Below, one piece after another: positions 37,481 through 47,093 of a stretch of 64,000 bases of DNA. The stretch covers positions 152,218-216,217 of the forward strand of contig RDOC01000004.1 of NCBI GenBank assembly GCA_011364985.1. The letters are read 5' to 3'. The stretch's first letter is position 1. Each line of letters begins with the position of its first letter. A program made the position numbers and the translations under genes. Under the pieces are notes generated by a model, which worked only from the letters and a program-made list of their open reading frames with translations, made no database searches and was not told the DNA's origin. The DNA is from Candidatus Thorarchaeota archaeon. GTDB taxonomy: Archaea > Asgardarchaeota > Thorarchaeia > Thorarchaeales > Thorarchaeaceae.

Positions 37481-39280
37481 GTGAGTATATTGAGTGAGCA
37501 CAAGACTGTCACAATCGACCTTGAGGAAACCGAGAAGGTTACTCTAGGTGAACATAGCGAACTAGAAAGTGCCAGTGCTTCAGGTGTTTTGAGCGTCAAC
37601 AATGTTTCAGAGCGTTCAAGGATTTGGAACGTCCGTGTTCTCCTCAAAGAGGGGAGAATAGGAACAACAATATCAGAGAACGATCTCTCGGCAGGCGAAG
37701 TTGACGCAGGCTCGAAGTGGGAGAGCAACTATGGTATCGATATATCCGAACCGATTCTAACTCTCACTGAAACCTTTGACACTTGTAGCACTGAAGAAAG
37801 CGAGGAATCACATTGGGCTTATGTCCACGGAAAAGAGAATCCAGTGAGGATTACAATTGTGCTGAAGAATGAAACGGATGGTCAATTGGACAATATGGTC
37901 CTCAATAAGACCATTCCACTTGAGTTTTCGGGCGTCAACGTAGAAAGCCTGAGCTCAGGCACAGCGGAATTTGACGAGGGAACTCGAACAGTGATCTGGA
38001 AGGATTTCCTAGTCTACCCGAAGGAGTCAGCAACTATTATCATCTCTGCAACTGGGAATGTCGAGGATGTGGAAACAAAGAGTGCTGGAGAAATCATTGT
38101 CACGTATCGAGGCGAGAGCCAACAAAGGTCGAATCTAAATCCAGATTTATCCGCCCTGACCGAATTCCTGACTGGGATAGAAACTGCTGAAACAGAACCG
38201 AACCAATGGCAATGCACTTTGGAGTGTTCCAATGAAAGCGATCTCATGGTCCGTCTTGACAAGGCAGAAGTCTACTATACGCCTGAGGGAGGTGGCGATT
38301 CACAGAAGATGATTGACGAAGCCCCGGCCTTTGAGATGGCTCCTAACGATGAATGGACAGCCAAGTTTGAGGTGTCAAGTAAGACTCCGCCGAAATGCAC
38401 GCAAGAAGTGGTTTACACACCAATCAGAGTCATCTCAAAGCGTGTGCTAGGAACAATCGAGAAGAAATCCCAGATAATTCCTGTCAGCCATATCGATTAT
38501 GTAAAGAAGTTTGATCCTCCTGATGTGCATAGTTTCGATAAGACACCTGTCGAAGTGACAATTGAAGTGAGAAACATAGGAACTGCCAAGCTAAACAAAG
38601 TGATCGTGCAGGACTCTATACCTGATGATATAATGCCACCTAAGCCTGAGCATGTTACGATGTGGATACGTGGTGTGGAATATTCCGGACCGTCACAGGT
38701 AACGATCGAACCAGACGATCAGAATCCTGAGGCCCCACATAGAATCATTTTCATGGTTGACGACCTTAAGGAATCAGTTGGTGAGCTAGAACCAGGCGAG
38801 TCATTCAAGATTAACTACGCCATTATGGCTTGGAGGAACAGACCAGAAAAGGAGTACCCCTCACCAATTCACTGCAAGGCTTATGCATATCCCAAGGGTC
38901 TTCCGGCTGAGGCCTTTAGCGCAGATGACGGTCACAAGCTTGGAGTCATTTACAAGAAACGAAGCATTTCAGTGAAGAAGGGCATCAACAAGGGTTCCAA
39001 CTCTGGTGAGTACATAGTTGTGCTTGTCATTGAGAATAAAGGTGAAGTGACCGCAGAGAATGTCGAAGTCACTGATTGGATACCAACTGGATTCAACTAT
39101 GTACGAACAGAGCCTGAAGAGGAGTCTCCATCCGAACAACCAACAAGTGAGGGAACCAATCTCGTCTGGAAGTACACCCGAATGAATCCGGGCGATAAGA
39201 GGAAGATCAGTGTCACTGTGCAAGCTGGTGAAGGTGCCGGGGAATACGAGCGCCGAGAGCCACAGGTAACCTCTGACTAG
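37481..39280 (+). CDS. Acidic all-beta protein with mu-homology-domain-like and DUF11-like repeats
   Basis: N-terminal TVTIDLEETEKVTL..SGVLSV; IPLEFSGVNV..GTAEFDEGTRTVIWK; DSIP/DWIP repeats; no signal peptide or TM. Confidence 0.55.
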   Translation: MSILSEHKTVTIDLEETEKVTLGEHSELESASASGVLSVNNVSERSRIWNVRVLLKEGRIGTTISENDLSAGEVDAGSKWESNYGIDISEPILTLTETFDTCSTEESEESHWAYVHGKENPVRITIVLKNETDGQLDNMVLNKTIPLEFSGVNVESLSSGTAEFDEGTRTVIWKDFLVYPKESATIIISATGNVEDVETKSAGEIIVTYRGESQQRSNLNPDLSALTEFLTGIETAETEPNQWQCTLECSNESDLMVRLDKAEVYYTPEGGGDSQKMIDEAPAFEMAPNDEWTAKFEVSSKTPPKCTQEVVYTPIRVISKRVLGTIEKKSQIIPVSHIDYVKKFDPPDVHSFDKTPVEVTIEVRNIGTAKLNKVIVQDSIPDDIMPPKPEHVTMWIRGVEYSGPSQVTIEPDDQNPEAPHRIIFMVDDLKESVGELEPGESFKINYAIMAWRNRPEKEYPSPIHCKAYAYPKGLPAEAFSADDGHKLGVIYKKRSISVKKGINKGSNSGEYIVVLVIENKGEVTAENVEVTDWIPTGFNYVRTEPEEESPSEQPTSEGTNLVWKYTRMNPGDKRKISVTVQAGEGAGEYERREPQVTSD

Positions 39281-39331
39281 GAACTCACCCAAACCCTCCC
39301 CACGGGTATAGGCGAAGGATATTTCCCTTGC

Positions 39332-39676
39332 CTATTCCTTTTCTTCTTTTTCTAATTCATCTAATTCTTTCTGAAGAGACTCAAGCTCTTCATCAATATC
39401 CTTCAAATGTGATAGGTCCACATCATCCTGTTCCCGTGTGTCAAGAGTATACATTACATTGAATCCTGCAAGAGTCTTGTGCAGAGCATCAGAGATTTCA
39501 ATTATGGCGCTCATGAGATCTGCATTACTCATGTCTTCTTGCTCATGTTCATATGCGAAATCGTAAGCCCCCCTTACGGGCATAAATCCTAGCTCAAGTA
39601 GCTTCTTGATTACCATAGAGGGAGAAGCCCCTTCACTGTTGAATAGAATGGATACTCTGGTCACATAGCTTGGCAC
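39332..39676 (-). CDS. Conserved archaeal hypothetical protein
   Basis: FNSEGASPS.V...L..LGF.PVRG.YDF.Y motif; acidic coiled-coil tail. Confidence 0.7.
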   Translation of the reverse strand: MPSYVTRVSILFNSEGASPSMVIKKLLELGFMPVRGAYDFAYEHEQEDMSNADLMSAIIEISDALHKTLAGFNVMYTLDTREQDDVDLSHLKDIDEELESLQKELDELEKEEKE

Positions 39677-39747
39677 TCAGTTGCACCTCGTTCATTCCAA
39701 CTGGACGGACCGCCGCCCGGTAGGTCTTAAGCCTTTTCCAATGATAG

Positions 39748-40839
39748 CTATGCTTCACTCGAGTGAACAAGGAGGGAGACGTCCTCATGTATCAGAACAT
39801 GATTCCACAAGCTCTTACACTCACAATGAAGGTCTGCAAAAACCTGAACATCTTGACTTAGAGAGAAGTCGCGAATTGCCTTCGTGACTGTGGAATCACA
39901 TCGACCGCAATTATGAGGCCCTCTTTGCCGGCCGGAGGCCACTGGATCACAGATAATATCTATTCTCGAATCTACTTCCAAACGAGCTCTCCATAGAGCA
40001 TCTACCACTGTCCAAAGCCATGGTGGACGGTAATGGCCTTTGGACCAGAGTCGTTCAACCAGTGTGTGTTTCTGAACGTTCACCGGATTAATGGAGATAG
40101 TTGTTGCACCAATCTGCGCCGCATCCACGATAGTCTGTACACAGTCCAGAAGCGCATCACGTTCAGTTAGAAAGGGCGGTTTGACCAGAACATAGGCACG
40201 AGTCCCAATTTTCTCCTCCTTTGCAGCTTCTACTGCAGCAGTGAAATCGGACCTCGTAAAACCTTTGTTGATACAGATAGAACGCACAGTATCATTGCCA
40301 CTTTCAAGGCCAATACCAATCTCGATCTTACGCGTTCCAAGGATTTCACGGATTTGCTTGAGAGATGTTCCATTGACGTATTCAGGTCGGGATTCTATCA
40401 CGACTTCTTCTATTCTTGCGTCTTTAGCTATCTTGGATAGAATTCCACTCCTTGCTTCCAATGGAATTTCCTCTGGATCCAGAAAGCTGCCGCTTGTGTA
40501 TATCTTGATGGCAAGTGGTGAGGGCATATTGTCTAAAGTAGCCATTGCCTTGTCGAATTGTGCCAATAGTTCATCAGCTGAGGCCGGCTTTGGCGAACCA
40601 TCAAGGAGATAGCTGCACATCGTGCATCCTCCCTCATTTCCGCGAGCATGGGCACATCCTTGCGTCAGCATCACCAGAGACAGCGCATTTCCAACCTTGC
40701 CCCCGATTCTATTGACAGTCACCCATTTGGCCGCAGGTCTTTTGAGATCTCGTTTTCGAATCTTACTTAGAGACCGACCTCTAGCAGCCTTGCTTTCCTG
40801 CATGATAATGTCTTTGAAGGAATTTGGAATCGTGGACAT
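39748..40839 (-). CDS. raSEA: Archaeosine biosynthesis radical SAM enzyme RaSEA
   Basis: T.GC......GGCTMCSY, TSGSFLD, ESRPE, IGLES, KPPFLTE, YRPPWLW, RGPHNCGRC; abuts arcS. Confidence 0.92.
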   Translation of the reverse strand: MSTIPNSFKDIIMQESKAARGRSLSKIRKRDLKRPAAKWVTVNRIGGKVGNALSLVMLTQGCAHARGNEGGCTMCSYLLDGSPKPASADELLAQFDKAMATLDNMPSPLAIKIYTSGSFLDPEEIPLEARSGILSKIAKDARIEEVVIESRPEYVNGTSLKQIREILGTRKIEIGIGLESGNDTVRSICINKGFTRSDFTAAVEAAKEEKIGTRAYVLVKPPFLTERDALLDCVQTIVDAAQIGATTISINPVNVQKHTLVERLWSKGHYRPPWLWTVVDALWRARLEVDSRIDIICDPVASGRQRGPHNCGRCDSTVTKAIRDFSLSQDVQVFADLHCECKSLWNHVLIHEDVSLLVHSSEA

Positions 40840-42789
40840 CTACTTATTCACCTCCGATTTATGTCGGAGTGATACCGCATGCCCTTTTTCGAATTCGCAC
40901 ATTTCCTGTCCGGACATCTCGCTTCGACCCACTCCAACCACGACATCGTCCTGACTTAGGACAATGACCTCATCACCGGGCCGGACTCCCGGGTCTGCAT
41001 CTTCAATTCCTACAGCAAAGATGGAACTTCCCTTCAGCTCACGACCTGCAAAGCGCACCCAGTATCGATTGAGTGGAGCTAGGAGTTGTCCGCCAGCAAG
41101 AGTAAGAGATATCGATCCAATTGAAGCGACAAAGGCACAGACTTGCTCCTTATTCACTCTACATGTGACAGTATGGTATAGCTTGCCGCCCAATCTAGCT
41201 TCATCGGGAATGAGAAGTTGACCAGCGCCGAGCCCAAACTGGAAATCAGCGATTGCACGCAGATGGTCGTCCAATTCTGTTCGCTTTTCGTCATCAATTG
41301 CGAGAATCTCTGTCATATCCAGAAGGACATCTGCCAATGCAGCAAGAGATTCCCTTCTTGTAACGGGCTGCTCTGGGGACGTGTAGATGATGCTCTGACG
41401 GATTCTGTCCTCAGCACTTCGAACAATATCGAGATAGCCACCATTTACATGAGCGACTATGACGACATCATCGCCAAACTTGTTCATGTGATGCTCAAGT
41501 GCGGTTGCTGCTATCTCAATCTCTTCCGAGTCCCAATCACCGGTCACTGGAATATCGTAGTGTGCTGCTGGGAACACTCGTTCGAGCTCCCGCGGAATCA
41601 CTCCAAGAGGAGATGTGAGGATTGTTTCCGCAACACGATGCCTTACAGAACCGATTGTTGACTCGATAGTTCGGATGAAGCGTCTGTGTGATTTAGATGA
41701 TGAATAGGGCTTTCTTGCGGAACAAGGCAAGAGCAGAACCAGCTGCTTGTGGGTGGGCGGGCTGAATCGTTCAACTATATTTTCCCGGAAACGGCGTATT
41801 GTAGGGGCATGGTACGATTCAGGACCAATGAGGACCATTGTATGCCTGCAGTTGTTTGGTGTGTATTCCTCAAGATAGGAATAGGCAGCCCTATCGATTT
41901 TACGCATGAACGACGCCATTGCGGGACTTGAATGCGTCGTTGACTCAATCTTCCAACGGAGCCGATTCTCTTGTTGAAGCTGCACACTCTCTGAGAGAGC
42001 CATTCTATACACCCCAATGTTGTGCTGAATCAATGTATCTTGAAGCGAATCGAACGCTAGGCCAAGTAATGAAGGATGTGCTGAACAGGCAGAACAAGAG
42101 CAGTATCGCGGCGCCACGTCTGGAGTTATTCTCTCGGTATCCAAGAACATGAGGCGCTTCCTCTGAGCGGCAGCCTCGAAAGCTCTTCCTATGTCGAAGA
42201 GGTCAAAACCGAAATAATGGAGGGGAGCAACAAGAGGTGGTTCGATTCTCCCAAGCGCCAAAGCGGCCCAGTTCCGTGGAAGCTGACTTCTAAGAATCAC
42301 ATTCCTATAATCTGATGGCGCAAGAACACCATCAAAGGCAAATGCGGCAATTCTGACGCCCAGAGAGCCAAATGAGTCTAGATATGAAGCAATGCTGTCA
42401 GGGTCTGTGAATGAGTCAATGCGGACTATGGCGCGGGTAGGATTCAGAGTGTCGCTGTTGTCTTTGAGAAATTCTAGCTGTTTCGAAAGAAGAATTGAGC
42501 CTACTGAGGCAGAGAGAATACCTCCAGAGATCATGGAAGGAAGAAGAATCAGGTTCTCGTCGTGGAGTAGAGAACGAGGTTGTTCCCATCTTCTGGATAG
42601 GGCAATGAAAGACGGCTTTGCTGCTGTTTCATCATGACCAAGAGAACCATAATAGGTTATGCCATGTTCAGTTTCCAAGGGAGAAATAAGAGAGGGGGTG
42701 CGAATCTCAGAATCACCAATCCGAAGGTGTCCGGTTCGTGCAGGACCATCATGACCCCGGTCAATCCAAAACGTAGTCAACTTCCTCAC
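40840..42789 (-). CDS. arcS: Archaeosine synthase alpha subunit ArcS (TGT-like + DUF5591 + PUA)
   Basis: GPARTG, CSCSAC..H, LLLPCSARKPYSSSKSH, TSPLGVIPRELE..P...YDIPVTG.W, C-terminal PUA. Confidence 0.9.
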   Translation of the reverse strand: MRKLTTFWIDRGHDGPARTGHLRIGDSEIRTPSLISPLETEHGITYYGSLGHDETAAKPSFIALSRRWEQPRSLLHDENLILLPSMISGGILSASVGSILLSKQLEFLKDNSDTLNPTRAIVRIDSFTDPDSIASYLDSFGSLGVRIAAFAFDGVLAPSDYRNVILRSQLPRNWAALALGRIEPPLVAPLHYFGFDLFDIGRAFEAAAQRKRLMFLDTERITPDVAPRYCSCSACSAHPSLLGLAFDSLQDTLIQHNIGVYRMALSESVQLQQENRLRWKIESTTHSSPAMASFMRKIDRAAYSYLEEYTPNNCRHTMVLIGPESYHAPTIRRFRENIVERFSPPTHKQLVLLLPCSARKPYSSSKSHRRFIRTIESTIGSVRHRVAETILTSPLGVIPRELERVFPAAHYDIPVTGDWDSEEIEIAATALEHHMNKFGDDVVIVAHVNGGYLDIVRSAEDRIRQSIIYTSPEQPVTRRESLAALADVLLDMTEILAIDDEKRTELDDHLRAIADFQFGLGAGQLLIPDEARLGGKLYHTVTCRVNKEQVCAFVASIGSISLTLAGGQLLAPLNRYWVRFAGRELKGSSIFAVGIEDADPGVRPGDEVIVLSQDDVVVGVGRSEMSGQEMCEFEKGHAVSLRHKSEVNK

Positions 42790-42797
42790 AACTCCAA

Positions 42798-45452
42798 TTA
42801 AACCAAGGGCTCATAAGATGCATACCCCTTCGTATCAACTTCCGTTTTTGCCTTCTTCAGGACGAGGTCGATGCTGGCCAACGCACCTAGCTTGAACAAG
42901 GGACTGTTATTGTTTCCGCATTGATAGGAATATGTGCAGAGAGGGCATCCATCGATGGTGTTGCAGTCACACTTCTCAAGAATCGTCTTGCACCTGTTGA
43001 AGGCCTCTTCCAATCTGGTGAAGAGAAGCTTGGACGCACCATTGCCTCCAGGGCTTCCATCATAGACAAAAATAATGCCAGAATCACCCATTGACACGCC
43101 TCCAATCTCACGCGTACTGCCCCCGGTTAGCATATCACTTGATTCGATTATTACATGTTCCAGTGCATGGAACGCTCCTCCAAACAAAGTCCCAGGCGTC
43201 ATCTGGGGGCCCTTTACTTGCTTTAGCTTTCCTTCTATGTAATCGTTAACGACATTCACAGGGCACGGTGCAGTGAATGCAAATCCCCTTGTTACATACC
43301 GATACTCAAGAGGTGCTGCAAGGTCCGAACGGCTTACAACAGCTCCAGTACGTGTCAGACGCTTCACATATCCGTAGACCGTCTGTGTCATCTCAAGTGA
43401 GCAATAGACAACATTGAGACCAAGGGCGGTGGTTTCCTCAAGCACATTCATAATCCGAGGCATTGTTGAGTAGATTGGTTTTGTGTGAACACTCCGGTCA
43501 TCGAGGGGTACAACGGTTGCGCTACCGAATCCAGGACGGTACCTGAAGTCAATAGACATGAAGTTCTTCCCACCATGCAGATAGATTGCACCAGGATGTA
43601 GCTCCTGCGCAGCCATTGGCATGGAACGTTCACCCAGACTGATTTCTCCCAGCTTTATCTCGACTGTGTCACCAATACCCCGGATACTATAGCCTCTCCA
43701 TTCGCTCATGGCGGTCTCGAAGTCAACAACCCGCACATTCCCATCTGGCATTACCTTGAGAAGTCCGTCCTTCACCAAGGAGTCCAAAATACCGCTCTGC
43801 TTTGGGAGGAATGACTCATTCAGTTTACCACTCATCGCTGCCGCGATGAATTGAAACCGACCCACAACTTCATTTCCTGGCTCCATATAGGCTGAATCTA
43901 TATCTGTGAAGTACTTATCAGGCTGATGTCTATAGAAAGAGGAGATTGGGTCGTTTTCTCTCAAGGCCAGAACTGCAATACTCTCTTGTCCCTTCCTTCC
44001 CGCACGTCCAATTCTTTGAGTAAGCCTGGTTATGGACACAATCATGCTTACTACACTATCCAAGTCGCCAATGTCGATTCCCAGTTCTAAGGTAGGAGTA
44101 GACACCAGTATAGGTAAGTTGCCAGTCTTGAATTGGAGCTCTACTTGATTCCTGTACTTCCTGGACAGCCCAGCACGATGAACCATTGATTTGAGACCTG
44201 TATCTTTCAGTAGCATATTGAGGACTTCAGCCTCAGAATGGGTGTTACCGAAGACCAGAGTCTTGAAGCCTCCCGACTGAAGGCGTTTTACAAGATCCAC
44301 AATCATGCTGTACTTGCTTCTTTCGTCAGGATAGAACATTAGAAAATGAATCGGGCCCCGTTTTGCACTTTCTGACACTATAAGTTCAACATTGGTGTCG
44401 AAAACCTGCTCGGCAAATTCCTTAGGATTTGCAATCGTGGCGGACGCACCAATCTTTTGGAAAGAGCCGGCCTCAAGTTCCAAGCGTTTGAGGATGTAGT
44501 ACAAATTGGCTCCCGTTGAACCTGTGTAAAGATGTATCTCGTCCAAGACGACATATTCAACCGTGTTAAGCAATGGCACGAGCCTAGAACGATCCCAGCC
44601 AAGATGATAGTGAAGAACATCAGGATTAGTGATGAGAATATCAGGAGGCCGCTCATAGAGCTTGGCGCGCTGAGCTTGAGACACATCGCCATCAAAGATG
44701 CCTGCCACAAGACCAGATGCTTCACACATCTGTGTTATCTTCTCATATTGGTCCCGGGCAAGTGCCTTGGTAGGGTATACTAGAAGCGCCCTGATTCCAG
44801 GATTCATGAAGGACTCCTGTACTGAAAGCAACAGCCTTCTGATAATTGGCAGAATAAAGGCCTCAGTCTTCCCTTGAGCTGTCGGAGCTGCAATTACTAC
44901 GTTCTTGTCTTCGAGTATGGCATTGAAGGACTGCTCCTGAAAAGCGTAAAGACGAGAGAACCCTTTCTTCCTAAGGTATTCGATGAGCCGATTCGGAAGC
45001 TTAACCTCAGACAAATCGCATCCATACACTGTATCTGTGGCAGGCATATACTTGTATTTAACAAGCCGATCACGGCCAATAGAAATGAGCGACTTGACTG
45101 TATCCGGAAGCTCCTCGACCGACGCACCACCATCCTCTATGAGGAGGCGAATCTCCCTCTCAGACTGTACTCTCGTGGTCCTTCCTCGTGCCCTTTTGCG
45201 GTATCCCGACGCATCCTCGCCCGCCTTTGACCTTCCTCTTTTCTTTGGCTCTGCTGCACCACCCTCAGAGAGGGAGGATAGCTGCCCATTCTTTATGGCC
45301 TTGGAGAACTCATCATAAGCGTCAAACAGATCCTTGCGAGTGCCATCAATAAGCAACTGAGCATCACAGCCAAAGCAACGCACTGTCCAAATGTGGCCGC
45401 CTTTCCTTATATCAAGTTTAGAACCACATTTTGGGCAATGCAACACAGGCAC
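42798..45452 (-). CDS. SF2 DEAD/DEAH helicase with C-terminal DUF1998 (Hrq1/MrfA-like)
   Basis: APTAQGKT, YPTKALARDQ, DEIH, SAT, LELGIDIG, QRIGRAGR, HALEH, CDC..GCPLC; extra N-terminal Zn ribbon. Confidence 0.9.
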   Translation of the reverse strand: MPVLHCPKCGSKLDIRKGGHIWTVRCFGCDAQLLIDGTRKDLFDAYDEFSKAIKNGQLSSLSEGGAAEPKKRGRSKAGEDASGYRKRARGRTTRVQSEREIRLLIEDGGASVEELPDTVKSLISIGRDRLVKYKYMPATDTVYGCDLSEVKLPNRLIEYLRKKGFSRLYAFQEQSFNAILEDKNVVIAAPTAQGKTEAFILPIIRRLLLSVQESFMNPGIRALLVYPTKALARDQYEKITQMCEASGLVAGIFDGDVSQAQRAKLYERPPDILITNPDVLHYHLGWDRSRLVPLLNTVEYVVLDEIHLYTGSTGANLYYILKRLELEAGSFQKIGASATIANPKEFAEQVFDTNVELIVSESAKRGPIHFLMFYPDERSKYSMIVDLVKRLQSGGFKTLVFGNTHSEAEVLNMLLKDTGLKSMVHRAGLSRKYRNQVELQFKTGNLPILVSTPTLELGIDIGDLDSVVSMIVSITRLTQRIGRAGRKGQESIAVLALRENDPISSFYRHQPDKYFTDIDSAYMEPGNEVVGRFQFIAAAMSGKLNESFLPKQSGILDSLVKDGLLKVMPDGNVRVVDFETAMSEWRGYSIRGIGDTVEIKLGEISLGERSMPMAAQELHPGAIYLHGGKNFMSIDFRYRPGFGSATVVPLDDRSVHTKPIYSTMPRIMNVLEETTALGLNVVYCSLEMTQTVYGYVKRLTRTGAVVSRSDLAAPLEYRYVTRGFAFTAPCPVNVVNDYIEGKLKQVKGPQMTPGTLFGGAFHALEHVIIESSDMLTGGSTREIGGVSMGDSGIIFVYDGSPGGNGASKLLFTRLEEAFNRCKTILEKCDCNTIDGCPLCTYSYQCGNNNSPLFKLGALASIDLVLKKAKTEVDTKGYASYEPLV

Positions 45453-45639
45453 AAATCACACCTTCGCTCCAACAGCTTGATTGATTCTTATCAAAGTTTG
45501 GCAGTGTACTAATAACGCTTCTTCACGAATGTCGGGTATACTTGAGATGAGTGGGGGGGAAGAGATACATCATAACGTTTTTAACGACTGTGCAAGCAGC
45601 TTGCACAGTTGCAGTCGGATTATGATTGGGAGACGATAG

Positions 45640-45999
45640 ATGATGGTTGAAGAAATATCCTCAGGTGATCTTGATGAGATAGTGTTGAAGAATAGAGTGG
45701 TATTCTTGGATTGCCATGCAATATGGTGCGGACCGTGCAGGACGTTGTCGCCTCTTCTTGAAGAACTTGACAGCAAGTACGGTGATAAAGGATTCAAAGT
45801 TGTAAAACTGGATGTGGATCAGAACCGGGAGTTCAGCAGTGAAAACCGCGTTACTGGTGTACCAAGTGTGTTTGTCTTCAGTGAAGGCAAACGTGTTGTC
45901 TTCGACGATGGCCGAGGCAATAAGGTTGACAGGCTGGTCGGCGTCATGCCCGAAGAGGTCTACACTCAAATCATCGAAGAGCTTCTCGCAGAAGCATAA
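45640..45999 (+). CDS. trxA: Thioredoxin
   Basis: WCGPC, KLDVD, GVP. Confidence 0.92.
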   Translation: MMVEEISSGDLDEIVLKNRVVFLDCHAIWCGPCRTLSPLLEELDSKYGDKGFKVVKLDVDQNREFSSENRVTGVPSVFVFSEGKRVVFDDGRGNKVDRLVGVMPEEVYTQIIEELLAEA

Positions 46000-46114
46000 C
46001 AATGGAGTCTCCTGTTCTTGACAGGGGAATTCCCCTCCACCTCTCGATAACAATACAGTTTCACATAACATTATTAGGTAGGCCCAGACTCCACCGCTTA
46101 ACGGAGACGAATCT

Positions 46115-46489
46115 TTGGTAGAGAATATTTTAGCGGAAGAGGTCGACTGCTTGGTCTCAAAGACGAAACTGGCGTTCTTGGATTGTTGGGCTCCATGGTG
46201 TAAGCCGTGTAGAGACTTGGCACCTGTACTTTCTGAGCTTGATGAAAAATACAAAGACAATGATGATATCGCCTTCTTCAAAATCAATGTCGATGAACAT
46301 CGAGGGTTCATGCGGCAATACAAAATCAGAGTGATTCCGTGTGTTCTCATATACTTTGATGGTAGACTGAAAGAGATTGAGGACCCTGATGGCAACCTGA
46401 AAAAGACCGATCGACTATTGGGAAGAAGAGGCCCTCAAGCCTACGAGGCGGTAATTAGGCAGCTCTTTCCACAGAATATGCTTAGCTAA
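46115..46489 (+). CDS. Thioredoxin paralogue
   Basis: WAPWCKPC, KINVD, VIP. Confidence 0.88.
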   Translation: MVENILAEEVDCLVSKTKLAFLDCWAPWCKPCRDLAPVLSELDEKYKDNDDIAFFKINVDEHRGFMRQYKIRVIPCVLIYFDGRLKEIEDPDGNLKKTDRLLGRRGPQAYEAVIRQLFPQNMLS

Positions 46490-46570
46490 TCGTCACATGA
46501 TGTTTTATAACGATGAATTCCTGAAGCTCCTCCGTATCGACCAACTATTGACCAACTAGAGGTGTAGATC

Positions 46571-47086
46571 ATGCCCATTTTTCCGTTTGGTGATAAGAAT
46601 CCGAAAATAGACAAAAAAGCCTTTGTAAGCCCCCAAGCAACGATAATTGGTGATGTCGAGATTAGCGAGGGGGTGAGTATATGGCCAGGCGCAGTGGTAC
46701 GCGGAGACTATGCAAGTGTTAGAATTGGAAGAAGATCTGCAGTGCAAGATAGTGTTGTGATTCATGCCCATTCCGAGGACAACCCTGCTATCATAGGAGA
46801 CCTCACTGTGATTGGAACTGCATCAGTGATTCACGGCGTTTACGTGGGAGATTTCGCCAATATTGGAGAAGGGTGTGTCATCTTCGATGGTGCCACTTTG
46901 GGCGAAGGTGTAATGCTGACTCCGGGAAGCATAGTGCCAGCAAACGTGGTTATCCCGCCTCGAAGCTTGAACTCCGGAGTTCCTGCTTCGCAAATCAGGG
47001 AGCTTTCGCGTGAAGAGGTGGAGAAGCATGGGACAAGGGCAGAAACCATTGCGTATGTCTTCCAGAAACTCAGGCACTGGCAATGA
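46571..47086 (+). CDS. Gamma-carbonic-anhydrase-family (hexapeptide repeat) protein
   Basis: A.IIGDV.I, SIWPGAVVRGD, VQD..VIH, GVPA..IR.L. Confidence 0.9.
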   Translation: MPIFPFGDKNPKIDKKAFVSPQATIIGDVEISEGVSIWPGAVVRGDYASVRIGRRSAVQDSVVIHAHSEDNPAIIGDLTVIGTASVIHGVYVGDFANIGEGCVIFDGATLGEGVMLTPGSIVPANVVIPPRSLNSGVPASQIRELSREEVEKHGTRAETIAYVFQKLRHWQ

Positions 47087-47093
47087 CTGGACC

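Noticed and set aside
45661-46395. 244-aa minus-strand ORF
   Set aside because: Antisense shadow of the two thioredoxin genes
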